62,090 bases of DNA, filler included, from Globobulimina sp. (GCA_003354225.1; 23 parts of 23 records of this genome joined end to end with filler, not necessarily neighbours in it), one strand, 5' to 3'; shown: positions 36,415 to 49,379, counted from the first letter of the whole stretch. Translations and numbers: made by a program. Notes: generated from the letters alone by a model not told the origin.

Positions 36415-36610
36415 ATTTGGATGCGAATAATTAATTTGGATGCGAATAATAGCGAGCTTCGCTCGCTAATATGCCTCCAATAAATCCCATATTTTGATGA
36501 TATTAATGGCGAGCTGCGCTCGCAAATATGCCTTCAATAAATACCATATTTGGATGAGATGCGAGCTTCGCTCGCAAATATGCCGTAAATCAATGCCATA
36601 TTAGGATGAT
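36415..36610. repeat. tandem array of three ~55-bp double-hairpin units
   Basis: GCGAGC-TKC-GCTCGC at 36452, 36509 and 36561, each followed by AATATGCC-N11-CCATATT..GATGA. Confidence 0.9.
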
Positions 36611-36697
36611 GATTCTGAAGAAAATGAAAAGGTTTTAAATCTGTTTTATTTGTGACAATCAACAGTATGATATCTGGCATGAAATTTATGTCAATTT

Positions 36698-36884
36698 CAT
36701 AAAATCACTCTAAATATGAATCAACGGTATTAAGCCTCGATTTTTTTCTATTGATATCTGTTTTTTTCTATTTTTAATCTGCTTATGTATGACCCTTGGA
36801 CAGATTAAAAATAGAAAAAAACAGATATCAATAGAAAAAATCTCGGCTTCATACCGTTGATTCATATTTCTCGGTGATTTTATG
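36698..36884. repeat. long imperfect inverted repeat (~84-bp arms, 19-nt loop)
   Basis: 36698-36781 is the reverse complement of 36801-36884 apart from a few internal mismatches. Confidence 0.95.
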
Positions 36885-37865
36885 GGGATTGTCAGATTAG
36901 CGTGTACATGGAAAGATGAATACACAATGATCTGCCTTCTCAAATCTCGAGAAAATGTGACAGAACAACTACATAATATAATATTGAAATTCTAGTGTTA
37001 TGAACGCATTGCTAGTATGTTCAAATATGAATCCCAAAATAAGCTGTTTTTCACAAGTAGGAGAAAAAAGAAAAGTGATTTTTTGAATTCGAAATATTTA
37101 ATTGTGGTGATCGCATTTCAACTTTTAATAGCAGTTGATCGATCAACACAGCTGTGTCTGTAGTGTTGGGTGTAGATTATTACAACGTGTCACCAACGAT
37201 CAATTCTGTCGCAAACTACTATAAAATACAGACAATTTTAATGCAGAGTAATATATTGGGAAAAACGTAGATAAACATCATGGGAGATTTGAGTCATTTT
37301 GAAACTTTATAATTAGATTAGATTAGATGAATTTAACATAAACTATGTGAGAACACATCGTTTAGCAATATAAATATGTAACAGATACAATATTGAATGG
37401 AAAAAAGAAATAAAATAAAAGAACAGACACAAAAAAACGTAGCTGTACATAGATATGACATAAAAATATAACTGATAATACACAGTATTATCAAATCACA
37501 AAGATAACACGCAGATAAATAATGTTTTTTAAAACGACAAATAATTAATTTAAATTTTTATACTTTTCATTCTTAAATTCTTAACAACTTCATACCTTAA
37601 ACAATCTCTTTAGCATTTTGAAACTTGCCAGCAATTTATTATACAGTCTCATAACTTTGCTTTATAAATCTCAAAACGCGGCCTATTTAAGACATATAAT
37701 CCATTGATTGTAAAATATTCAATAACAACCAGCGGGAATTTCTTTAATAATTTTTCAAATTGTTTNNNNNNNNNNNNNNNNNNNNNNNNNNNNNNNNNNN
37801 NNNNNNNNNTTAATTAATTAANNNNNNNNNNNNNNNNNNNNNNNNNNNNNNNNNNNNNNNNNNNN

Positions 37866-38717
37866 ATAATCTTTTGCTTCCTTCATATCATCGTTGCTCA
37901 ACGCGTTTTCATCATGACCTGACACTGCAGAACGTTCAGAATCATAAGATTCAACATATTGAGGATATGTCGCACTCTGTGCATTAAGTAAACTCAATCT
38001 GTGCCAACGTGCGGTATTTCTTTGAGCGAGTTCACTAAGTTCTGATTTGTCAAAAACATTGGATAATATCATTGTTCTCGGCGCTGCAAATCGCATCGTT
38101 TTTTGATAAGCACAGAGTTCTGTATCGATATCGGCTGGCTCTTTATGCATATTATCCAATGAACTCTGATACGATTGCGTCAAGTCGGCAACTTGTGACT
38201 GCAGTGCCTGAGCTTTAACAGTCGTCTGTTTAGCAAATGCTTTTTGAGAATGATATTCAATATCCAATGCTTCATAATCTGCTTTTAACTCTCTTAATTG
38301 TTGTGATTCTTTATATATTTTGCCTTTTAATGATATTTCTTCCTTCTCCAATTTATCCAATATTAGCGCATATTGTTCATTCTCGTCTGATAATCGTTTA
38401 TTTTCACGTTCTAATTCCTTGATTCTGTCAGAATCTCTTTGTATTTGTCTCTGTGACTCTTCGTAATAAGTTTCTAATTTTTCTAATATTTGATCCTGAT
38501 GTTGCAATGAATAGCGATGTTCGTGCAATGTCTCGCTGGATTGCTTTAATATTTGCAAATCTTCCACTAAATCTGTTTTCTCATTCTTTAATTTATCCAC
38601 TTCAATGCTATAAGTTTCTAATTGTAATTGTAATGTCTTTACTTGTTCTGTTAATTGTTCGTTATGGAGTTCTGCTGGGGTTCCAATTGTTTGTTTGTAT
38701 TGTTGTAGCTGTAGCAA
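37866..38717 (-). CDS. coiled-coil protein, partial
   Basis: Heptad-rich E/K/Q ORF. Confidence 0.5.
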
Positions 38718-39108
38718 TTCTTGCTATATATTTTGTGTTTTGTTCGATCAGTTTGTTTTGGTTTGTAAATTAGTAACAATTAACAAAATTATTTTAACTG
38801 TCAGATCATCATCTTGTGGTTTTAGCTGTGACATCATGTTTTTTCTGAAATTTGTAGTTAAAAACAGAGCTACTTCACTCTTTAAAATCAGGAAAACGTT
38901 TTATGCCAAACAAATGAGTGATAGTCTTATACAAAGTCAAGTGGTATGATGTCTGATACACAATACATTTAATTGTCATGTATTTGTACACCACACCAAA
39001 GGAACAAATTGCCATAGAGAATTTTGAAAGATTACAAAATGATAATGAAGCATTGAAGCAACAAATCAAACATTTAACAATTACAATCTCTACATACCAG
39101 GATGAAGT

Positions 39109-40179
39109 ATGTCATATTTACAATTAAAAAAAACAAACACATTTCATGATAAAAATAAAATTATAAAGAATAATAAATTTGAAAGAGAGAAAGAAGAACT
39201 TCTAAAACAGATTCATTATTTTCGTGAAAAATGCGAAGAAACGGCGTCTTTTGCATTTTTAAAATCACACACTTTGTCCAATTCGTTATCGACATTAAAA
39301 CAAGAAATGAATATATTAACCAAAAAAAATAAGAAATATAAACAAAAAGTAAATAAATTCATCGCTGCAATGCAATTATTCGAAACTGAAAATATTGAAT
39401 TAAATGAGCAAAATATGGAATATTCCGCCAGAGTCAAAGTATTACGATTAAATGAAGAGTCTTTGACAAAAACATGTTGTCAACAAACAGCGGAATTGGT
39501 TAAAATTAGAAATAATTTGCGAGATATTCAAGGCAAATATGACAAATTATATGTGCAACATACCGACATTCAACAAGAAAATGAAAAATTAAATGAGATC
39601 ATAACGTATAAGAACAATGACAATGATAATGATAATAATGATGGACAGCATAGAATATCATATTCAATCACACCGAGCGCTGATTCGTCGCAACCGACAT
39701 CGACAAAGAAATCATATGCATTGATTTATAAGTTCGAATCAAATGATTTTAATCATCTAAATGTGTTTGCAAATGAGTCTGAAACACAAAGTATAAAAAC
39801 ATTTGAGTCCAAATCTGATAATGATTGGAAAATGGACTTTATTATGGAAAAAGAACGTGAATTAATGGAGATTGAAATTTTAAAAGCTGAAAATACGGAA
39901 TTAATAAATAAATTAAATAATAATAACAATGGAAATGACAGCTCGGATCCAATAAAGAAATGTGCAAAACCTAAAAAATTATCAATAAAGAAAAAGGGAA
40001 AAGAGAGAATATCCAAATTAAAGTTATTGGAACAAAAGGCAAATGTATTGGGCATAAGAGATAAAGCATATTGTTCATTCTGTTGGATTTCTAAAACACA
40101 AAATGAAAATGAAGCACCTACGCAGATTTGGCCTCGTTATTGGCGCACTTTGACTGGTGTAGCAAACTGGATTTATTAA
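39109..40179 (+). CDS. coiled-coil protein
   Basis: 356-aa ORF rich in heptads; start probably upstream. Confidence 0.5.
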   Translation: MSYLQLKKTNTFHDKNKIIKNNKFEREKEELLKQIHYFREKCEETASFAFLKSHTLSNSLSTLKQEMNILTKKNKKYKQKVNKFIAAMQLFETENIELNEQNMEYSARVKVLRLNEESLTKTCCQQTAELVKIRNNLRDIQGKYDKLYVQHTDIQQENEKLNEIITYKNNDNDNDNNDGQHRISYSITPSADSSQPTSTKKSYALIYKFESNDFNHLNVFANESETQSIKTFESKSDNDWKMDFIMEKERELMEIEILKAENTELINKLNNNNNGNDSSDPIKKCAKPKKLSIKKKGKERISKLKLLEQKANVLGIRDKAYCSFCWISKTQNENEAPTQIWPRYWRTLTGVANWIY

Positions 40180-40690
40180 TATAGGGTTATTCCCAAACGT
40201 TTTTGCTTTTAACTTTTACAAATTGTATTTTAATTTTGCTTTATTTTTGTAGAATGTACTTATTTTTATAATTTCTTTGACTTTTAAAGTTCAAAAAAAA
40301 ATAAACCATCTAAAATTATTTTAAACCATAATGGAGAAAAACATAATACGCATACATTTAATATAAAACTTTAAAAAAAAAACGAGCTATATATATATAA
40401 ATATTCAGTGAATTATAATAAACTCCATGGGAAAACCCAGCATGAAGTGCCTTTTTTCTATCTTTCCANNNNNNNNNNNNNNNNNNNNNNNNNNNNNNNN
40501 NNNNNNNNNNNNTTAATTAATTAANNNNNNNNNNNNNNNNNNNNNNNNNNNNNNNNNNNNNNNNNNNNATATATTGAGTACATGATATAATAATTCATGA
40601 ACCCTTTGATTTTGTTCTGCTCCGTAGACTCCAAGTGTGTAAATGCCATGATTTTTATGCTGTTTTTTAAGTAGTACTGAACTTTTGAGC

Positions 40691-42503
40691 ATGTTCCGCG
40701 CACAAACTTTATCGCCTTCAAAATCATCAAGTGCGGATCCAAAACCATTGTTGCAAGATGACGCACTCGCAACAACGTTAACCAATTCAAACGATCTCGA
40801 ATTACACCGCATAAAACCTTCAACATTTGATGAAACATTGGAATATTACACTGTGGATGAGGCCATCTCCAAAATCGGCAATGGTAAGTTTCAATATCGA
40901 CTAATGTTTTTAACAGGGGGTATATGGGCGGCAGATGCAATGGAAATGATGTTATTATCATTTGTAATGCCAATATTAAAAGACGAATGGTCGTTGGCCT
41001 CCCCCTTAGATGGTGCAATATCCTCCGTTGTATTTGCGGGAATGTTGGTCGGCACCGCATTTTGGTCTATTTTATCAGATAAAATTGGTAGGAAAAAAGT
41101 TGTCATCATTTCAAATTTAGGCTGTGCTATATTTGGTGCTGTATCAGGTTTGGCACCGGGAATATATTCAATGCTCACTGCCAGATTTTTAGTTGGCTTC
41201 AGTGTCGGTGGCAGTGGCACTGCATATACCGTATGCTAATAATACCCATCAACGCACACATCCTCGCACATAAACAATTAAATCTATGTTGTTTTTGCAA
41301 AACAGTTATTTGCAGAATATGCGCCGCAGGAAGTCCGTGGCAAAATGCTTGTAATCGAGCAGAGCTGGTGGTCTTTTGGCGCAATATTCAGTGTAATGTT
41401 AGCATGGTTATGTCTGATACAATTTTCCTGGCGATATTATATGGTTTTGTCCTCGATTCCGCTATTTCTAATCAGTGCTTTTAGCAAATGGATGCCAGAG
41501 AGTAGCCGATGGTTATTGGCCTGCGGTAAAGTTGAAAAAGCTGAGAAGATCTTGCAGTACGTAGCTGAGGTGAATGGTGGTAGTTTGCCTACGGGGCACT
41601 TGAAACCGGTCAAGATCTCGGGAAGGGGCAATCCTTTCGATGCATTTAAGGTTAATATAGAATCTATTATCAAATTATCTTTGTAGTACTTACTGACTGT
41701 TTGTTTACATTCAGCCAAAATATAGAAACACGTCAATCTTGCTCTACATATCATTTTTTATGTGTGTTTTTGGGTATTATGGCATCTGTTTTATCTCTGT
41801 GAAATTCTTCGAAGAGGTGGAAGGCGGAGCTGTGGTCGGTGCAAAAGGCTGGCAATCGCCGAAAACATATTGGCAATCTCTGATTGCTGCTTCCTCGGAA
41901 TTACCGGCATTGCTTATTGGAGTTTTCATTTTGGACAAAATTGGACGCAAAAAATCCTTATGGATGTCATTCAGTGTTTTTGCAGTGGCCAGTTTTTTAT
42001 TGGTCTTCCCATTGGTCCAAAACAGCACAATATTTGGGGTGTTGTGCGTATTCATGGCACGTATGAGCATATCATTGGGGTTCATGGCAATTTATATCTA
42101 TTTTAGCGAATACTATCCCACAGCCATACGTTCTACAGCTCTGGGCATGGCATCGTCGGGTGGCAGGATTGCAGGGATGATTACATCATTGGTGTCGGAG
42201 GACTTGCCATTCACAATTGGGATATTATTATATGCAATATCGGGGGTGATTGCATGTGGCTGCACACTGTTTGTGGGCGAGACTATGGGCCGTGCAATGG
42301 CCACCAGCGTGGTGGAAGCACCCGAGTGGATAAAAAATAATTTGAAGCAATCGGTGGATATCGCAGCGGACGAAAACTATGAGCACAACTTTGAAATGCA
42401 AACTCAAGAAAAGTTAAGGAAAAGGAAGATTGATAAAGAAAATTATGAGGAACTGATTGATGAGGAGACGGATACGATAAGTCATCCAACCGATGGAATA
42501 TGA
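40691..42503 (+). CDS. MFS transporter, SV2/SVOP-like, 3 exons
   Basis: ADAMEMMLLS, SDKIGRKK, PESSRWLL, DKIGRK, YFSEYYPTAIRSTALG; introns 41231-41305 and 41651-41714. Confidence 0.9.
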
Positions 42504-42603
42504 AGAAAGTGACATTTCAATGACATGTTTTGAAAATAGTTTTTAAGTCGAGTTTTTTAATTAAGTCAATTGAGTAGTTTTAAAAAAGTCAAATTAAGTG
42601 CTG

Positions 42604-43171
42604 TCATTTGATATAAATCCAGAATGAAATATGGAAAGTTATATAAATTATCCAGAATAAAATGCTTTTGTAAAGTTTAAATGTTTGAGATAATATTCCC
42701 AACAACAATGGCATCAATAAATAGATGGTAAATGTGATTGAATTCCATTTTTGAATGGATGTAAATGAGGTTCGTGCACATGCTTTAATTACGCAATAAG
42801 TGATAACAATTCGCATTTGAACTGCATTAAATTTTTTATTTGAAGTTGCAATAAGCATTTGACATATAATTGGCACTACAATCGAGATAATTTCATCATT
42901 CCCATAAATAATCCATATATAAATATTTAACTCGACAAATAGGATTACAAAATGAACCAACCCGTTTGGATTTATTCGTTTAGAGCTGGTAAATGCCCAC
43001 AGCATTATAGTTTGCACACAGGCGAATGATACAATAATCTCTACTTCGAGCGAGAGTAAATAAATCATAATCATTTGCAATAAGCTATATGCGAAAATCC
43101 ATAGCATTTTTTGTGCATTTGAAAACCTTTCAAATTGGAACATATACATTTGATGAGATACAACTATAAAT
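42604..43171 (-). CDS. membrane protein fragment
   Basis: Hydrophobic ORF running off the contig end. Confidence 0.35.
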
Positions 43172-43271
43172 NNNNNNNNNNNNNNNNNNNNNNNNNNNNN
43201 NNNNNNNNNNNNNNNTTAATTAATTAANNNNNNNNNNNNNNNNNNNNNNNNNNNNNNNNNNNNNNNNNNNN

Positions 43272-45874
43272 AATCTGTTCCTAAATGATAGATTGAATCA
43301 TGATAATGACATTTTGATGTTCCATATTGGTCCATGACATATTTATAATTGGATAATTGATTTGGATCCAACGGCACTGATCTCACATCATATTCGGATC
43401 AACGGCACTGATTTGTGTCATATTTTGTGAAGGATTGTGTTTCAAATTATTGAGTACTGTCTCGTATTCGGGCAATGCTTTGCATAGTTTGTCTGCAGTT
43501 GGGTTTGATCTGTTCATTCCATATTCTTTGACTAAGTATTTCTTTTGATGTTTGTAGCACTGATTCTCCTCCAAAGTTTCATGAATCAATGCTATAATTT
43601 TTTGGAGATGAGTGTTTTGTTTGGAGTGTGTTTCTGATGCTTTTGAGAGAGGATCTTTGTTGTGTGTGTCATCTATTTTGTTAAGCAACCATTTCGTTGC
43701 GCCTGTCGCAGAGGACAGTGAGGCCAAAGGATTGAATAGTTTGGTATATGGAATTGCTTCAGGTTCTATGTTGTCGTTGCGGGTAATGTCATATTCTATA
43801 TCATCATGACCACAGCGGATGTCGCTAGATAGCACATGAATGTTGAAACACCAAATTGTCAAAGCATGTTCCAAAGTTTTTCGAAATATGTCAAAAGTGC
43901 CTTTGGTGGGAATAAAATATGTTCTAATGTCAAATCAATGGTATATTTCTCAAATATTTCCGCAACACAACTCAAAAAAAAATGTCTTTCCTCAGCATAT
44001 TTAGTACATTCTATCATATAATGATATACAGTTTCTTTGATTCCACAGTGTTTACACATTCCATTATTATTTTTAGCACAACATTGTCTGGCGCAGATCA
44101 TATAATATTTTATGACATTATATTTTTCCGTTTGTAATTTATAATATTGATAGTGATTCAAAGCATGAAAATACCAGTTTAAACTCACATGTTCTGTCCG
44201 TAATTGATTAATCATACTGAATTCACCCATGGTAAGAAATTTCATATCCAATTTCCATGCGTATTTTCTGTCGTAACGTTTCCAAATAAACAAATTTTTT
44301 GATATGATATGTGCAGATTTGTTTGATATATATTCGTTCTGATTCAAATTCTTCCATTTTTTCTTCGCAATATTTTTCAAATGTTTCAACGAAGATTGTT
44401 CTATTTTTAGATTACCTCTGTGACCAAGTCTCAGATAATCTTTCACCGCGGTGCTTGCCAAAATATCTGCTATTTTATTGCCTTCACAAACACCTCTTCT
44501 GCACCATTGTACTGCAACAATTTTGTTATATTTCTGTCCTAAAACAATGACATTTTTATAAATCTGAACGATTGATTCATAATTATATCTTTCTTTTACT
44601 CAAAACTTGGATATTTGGTCAGATTTAAATGCTCAATAATTCCCAGTTTTTTCGCACTGATATAGGCTTGCAACAATGGAGATTTCTGAGTCTTTCTTCA
44701 TTTTCTGTACTATTTTGTCCCTTGCTTGGATGATTTTGTCATTGTATTTCACTAATTTGGTGCTGCTATAGTATGGATTGACTTTGGGTGTGTTGGGTAT
44801 GGTTTGAATGTTGGAATGGGTGAGTTTGACTGAAATTAATTTGTGATCGCTTCTAAATCTGTTATTCAAAAGATTGAAATTGATTTTTGTGCCTTCCCTC
44901 ATCCATTTTTGTGGTTTGGATATGAGTGCAATGTCGAGTATGCTGCAGTGCTTGCGTCTGTTCTTTGTCTGGTAATAATTGTGCGTGAAATGAGTGTTTT
45001 GTTTGGAGTGTGTTTCTGATGCTTTTGATTGAATAGTTTGGTATATGTAATTGCTTCAGGTTTTATGTTGTCGTTGCGGGTAATGTCATATTCGATATCA
45101 TCATGACCACAGCGGATGTCGCTAGATAGCACATGAATGTTGAAACACCAAATTAGTAATAGAAACAAGGTCGACTCTGACATTGTCAAAGCATGTTCCA
45201 AAGTTTTTCGAACTCTAAAGCATGGCCACACTGCTCACTTCGATCAGTCACTGGGAGTTGTCATATCACGGCAACGTTAGCACTCAAGGAGTCCTTTAAA
45301 ACAAACAAAGGTAATTAGTGCACTTAAAAAAAAACAATTCGCCATCAAATTCTTCCATTTCGATATCATGCAATGTACCGTAAATATTCCTCGATTTTAT
45401 CTGACTTTGAGCATCAGCAAACAATACAATATTTATGTTATTCTCTCCAATACACAAATATCTGTCAAACGTTATTTCAAATGCCATATGAATCCAATAT
45501 ATTTCCAAACCGTTTTGTTGTATTATTTTATATTTATTATTCTTCCCTCTCGTGCCTTAGATCAATCCGTGTTGGAGATATCGAAAATATATTTGTGATA
45601 TAATCCATCAATGAACAATTATTGATTAATATTATGTATTTGTTGCATGAATTGTTTAGTCCATACTTCACCTTCAATGATGAGTTGAATATCAAATGTT
45701 AGACTCACTGTGTCATTAGTGTAACATGGTTGTAATGAGCAATCTGTTCCTAAATGATAGATTGAATGTTCCATATTGGTCCATGACATATTTATAATTG
45801 GATAATTGATTTGGATCCAACGGCACTGATCTCACATCAAATTCGGAAATTTGTGTCATATTTTGTGAAGGATT
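43272..45874. repeat. internal duplications: 43272-43437 ~ 45741-45874 and 43607-43885 ~ 44990-45211
   Basis: Near-identical direct copies differing by short deletions. Confidence 0.85.
43859..44902 (-). mobile_element. decayed APE-type non-LTR retrotransposon fragments
   Basis: SDHKLISVKL (end of an APE endonuclease) and QLRTEHVSLN...CKHCGIKETVYHYMIECTKY..ER (LINE C-terminal zinc knuckle). Confidence 0.65.
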
Positions 45875-46023
45875 NNNNNNNNNNNNNNNNNNNNNNNNNN
45901 NNNNNNNNNNNNNNNNNNTTAATTAATTAANNNNNNNNNNNNNNNNNNNNNNNNNNNNNNNNNNNNNNNNNNNNTTGACAATAATTCACTGATTCTGTTA
46001 TATATCTAATACATACTGCATAG

Positions 46024-47044
46024 ACTTTAATATTAGTGGTCCAAAAATGTAAAGCAAAAACATTCACTGAATTACAAACTGAGGTAACAAAAGCGATTCA
46101 AATATTAGACACACAAACATCATCCACCATGGCCATTCCCTTAAATTCAGTGTGTAATCAATTCAAAATGTTTGTATTTAGAAGGCATCAAAACACCTCC
46201 CATGCAGTTAAAAAATACCCATAAACATTGCAAATAGATCCTAGCACTCATAAACCATAAAAAAAAACCCATGCAGAAAATTAAAGAATTGAAAAAAGAA
46301 GTTGTTGAACGAGGCAGATTCTTTGTAAATCGAGCGAAAAAAGCCAGGGAATTTATCGCTAAAAAGGCAGAATTTTTTATTCGTGATGGAAGCACAATAT
46401 TATCACACTCCAAATCGTCGGTTGTGTTATCTGTACTAAAACATGCAAAGGAGCAGGGAAAGAGATTTAATGTCATCATCACACGAACAGAGCCGACCCA
46501 GTCTGGTTTGTGCGCAGCCAAAGAAATGGAAAAGTTAGGCATTCCCGTCAAGGTTGTACTGGATTCATCGGTTGCTGTGGTGATGGAGACTGTGGACTTT
46601 GTGTTGGTCGGAGCCGAAGGGGTCACTGAATCGGGCGGCATCATTAATAGAATTGGAACCTACCAAATGGCGATTTTAGCAAAGACAATGAGTCGGCCAT
46701 TTTATGTGGTGGTGGAATCACATAAATTCAATCGGTTGTATCCATTGACACAAAATGATATCCCATGGAGGGAGAAAGCTCATCATTTACAAAATGAGGA
46801 AAATGAAACAAATAAAAAGGAGGAGGAGGAGGAGGAGGAGGATAAGAATGAGAAAAAAGAAAATGATGATGATATGGAGATGGAGGAGTATGATGAGATT
46901 GAAAATGAGAATGCATTGTTAACGATTGAGAATGACAGAGGTCGTGATTATACACCACCGGAATACATAACACTTTTATTTACAGACTTAGGGGTATTGA
47001 CTTGTTCTGCGGTCAGTGATGAACTCATTAAATTGTATCAGTAG
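46024..47044 (+). CDS. EIF2B1: translation initiation factor eIF2B subunit alpha, 5'-truncated, spliced
   Basis: FIRDGSTILSHSKSSVV, VDFVLVGAEGVTESGGIINRIGTY, PFYVVVESHKFNRLYPLTQ, DYTPPEYITLLFTDLGVLTCSAVSDELIKLY. Confidence 0.93.
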
Positions 47045-47229
47045 ACTTGTGGGAGCATAATGTTAACTTTTCTTGCCTGTGTTGCTAATCATGTGAACTC
47101 GGTGAAGTCGAATGGTGTATTACAGAGAGTGTATTGTACACAAGTTAATATATTGGATAAACAGTTGATTTATTCTGACAAATATATGTTAACAATATAA
47201 AGAGTAAAACAGCTGGTAATGATTCAGAA

Positions 47230-48069
47230 GTGTTAACACCAAAAAAAAAGCGATATTTTAATGCATTAAAATTTGAAAAAATTGTTGGGGAAAACAAATG
47301 TAAATATCTAGTGCAGCAATTGGTTCATAAGAATACTTTTTACGGACATCCATATATTACAGAAATATATAACAATATGATGGAAAGTGGCAACATTGAT
47401 GTGTCAGAAGCATTAGATGTTATGTATTATATTCGACAGTTAAGACAATATAAATGGAAGTTTGTGGATAAGCATGATTTTGATTATACTCAATCACCGA
47501 AACATTACAGTAATTTTCGGAGAGCACTGTGGTTTTTTTGCATATATGATATACGAATTGAAGATGGGGAATATTTTATTCACAGCAATTCAAAATCATT
47601 GCATCATTGCATGCGATTGCATGCATTTTGGCAAATGCAAACTGAAAAATTTTTCAATTTAGACAATTTGATTTGTGATATTAGCAGAGACCGAACAATC
47701 GAATGTAGCCCACACGAACTTACTGCATATATTGGCACTTTAGGTGGTATTGACGATGATCCATTTTTCGGATTTTTATGGAGAAACTTATCAAACATCG
47801 CTGTTGGACATCAAAAAGAAAATTTAAAACAGCGTATTTGTAATCGTTGGGATCTTGATACCAAAGAAAATGGATTATTGCATGAATATTGTGACCTCTT
47901 AGTGCCTTTATTATATAGAAACAATTCAATATATTTCAATGAAGAACAATGTGGGAGCATTGCAGCATTGAGGGACAAGATATTATTAGGTGGAAATGTT
48001 AGAGAATATATAAATGACATTGGAAGAGCTTTACACCAGGAAATAAATGTATCGCTTGGTATCGTTTGA
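47230..48069 (+). CDS. hypothetical protein
   Basis: 279-aa open frame in AT-rich DNA; no motif recognised. Confidence 0.4.
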   Translation: MLTPKKKRYFNALKFEKIVGENKCKYLVQQLVHKNTFYGHPYITEIYNNMMESGNIDVSEALDVMYYIRQLRQYKWKFVDKHDFDYTQSPKHYSNFRRALWFFCIYDIRIEDGEYFIHSNSKSLHHCMRLHAFWQMQTEKFFNLDNLICDISRDRTIECSPHELTAYIGTLGGIDDDPFFGFLWRNLSNIAVGHQKENLKQRICNRWDLDTKENGLLHEYCDLLVPLLYRNNSIYFNEEQCGSIAALRDKILLGGNVREYINDIGRALHQEINVSLGIV

Positions 48070-48678
48070 TTTCTTAGTGTTTTGAAGAAATATTGTTTTC
48101 TCAGTCGAGTCAGTGCTAAACAAAACATTTTGCTGTGTAACTATGATGAACTTCCAGCTTTCAATCGATGTACGGAATTTAGTTCAGGTTTCACCACGAC
48201 CATCGTATCTACGCCAAATTGAGTATTTGAACATAGTTCAAGAGACAAACGCTAAATCAATTAAATCATTCAATTTCAAAGGTGTTATATGTTTTTAAAT
48301 GAAATAAACCAATTAACCCAAATTATACAATATTAAAAAAAAAAGATGCACCAAATAATTGTCAGTTTGTAATGGGTGTATTCGATCACGTTTCAAATAT
48401 ATTAAATGCTGTACAATCACCAATATGTGCTGGTGCTACCGATCGTGATTATGATTGTATCAATGTTCTGAAGGAAATGTGTTTAAAACCATCCAAAATT
48501 CGTTTAGTTGTATACGTATAATATAAATATACAGCAATTATTTACTCAGTCAATATAAACAGGAACAAATAAACTTANNNNNNNNNNNNNNNNNNNNNNN
48601 NNNNNNNNNNNNNNNNNNNNNTTAATTAATTAANNNNNNNNNNNNNNNNNNNNNNNNNNNNNNNNNNNNNNNNNNNNT

Positions 48679-49356
48679 GACCTCCATCAAGGCTATTGGG
48701 AAGAAGGTAAAATCTATTATTAGACTGATGATGTCAACCACCGTTTTATAATTGAGTGGGATGGAATATCGCATAATGATTATGGCTGGCCTCCAAAAGA
48801 AGAATATTTTCAAGTGATACTATTAGATCCTGCTCATTATTATACTACAACCGGTGACGGTGAGATTATCATCCAATATAAGATTGTTAAACAAACCCGT
48901 AGTAATACGATTGGAATAGAGAACTACTCGCAGGATATTGGGTTACAGTATGTTTACAATAAGAGCTACGATCCTACAGCATCAGCATTAAGAGGTGAGA
49001 CGGCAATAAAGTTCACCACAGAACCTCCATATGTTTCTGTGTCCATTGATGAAGAAACGGACAATAAACATAATCCAGGCAATGGCAATCTGGAACAGAA
49101 TTATCCAAACCCATTTAGTATAAGTACACGTATAAATTATTCAACTGCTAAACAAAGTAATGTAACTCTAGATATTTATAATTTAAGGGGGGAGTTAGTT
49201 AGGACACTGCATAAAGGGCCACAGCCTGAAGGCAAATATGTAGCTGTATGGAATGGTACAGATGAAATTGGAAATAGGGTTAATTCGGGCATATATTTCT
49301 ACCAACTTCAAACAGATAGCACTATCGAGACTAAGAAACTGTTCATGCTGAAGTAA
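48679..49356 (+). CDS. bacterial secreted protein C-terminus with FlgD-Ig/T9SS-like tail (C25-peptidase-type architecture), 5'-truncated, in-frame TAG at 48721
   Basis: NHRFIIEW, FQVILLDP..Y.T.TGDGEIIIQY, QNYPNPFS..T.I.Y, LDIYNLRGELVRTL, WNGTDE.G..V.SGIYFYQL. Confidence 0.8.
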
Positions 49357-49379
49357 TATGTATCAACAGATAGGATCCT

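Noticed and set aside
36415-36610. CRISPR array
   Set aside because: Only three units, variable parts about 11 nt and two nearly identical, no cas genes, eukaryotic context
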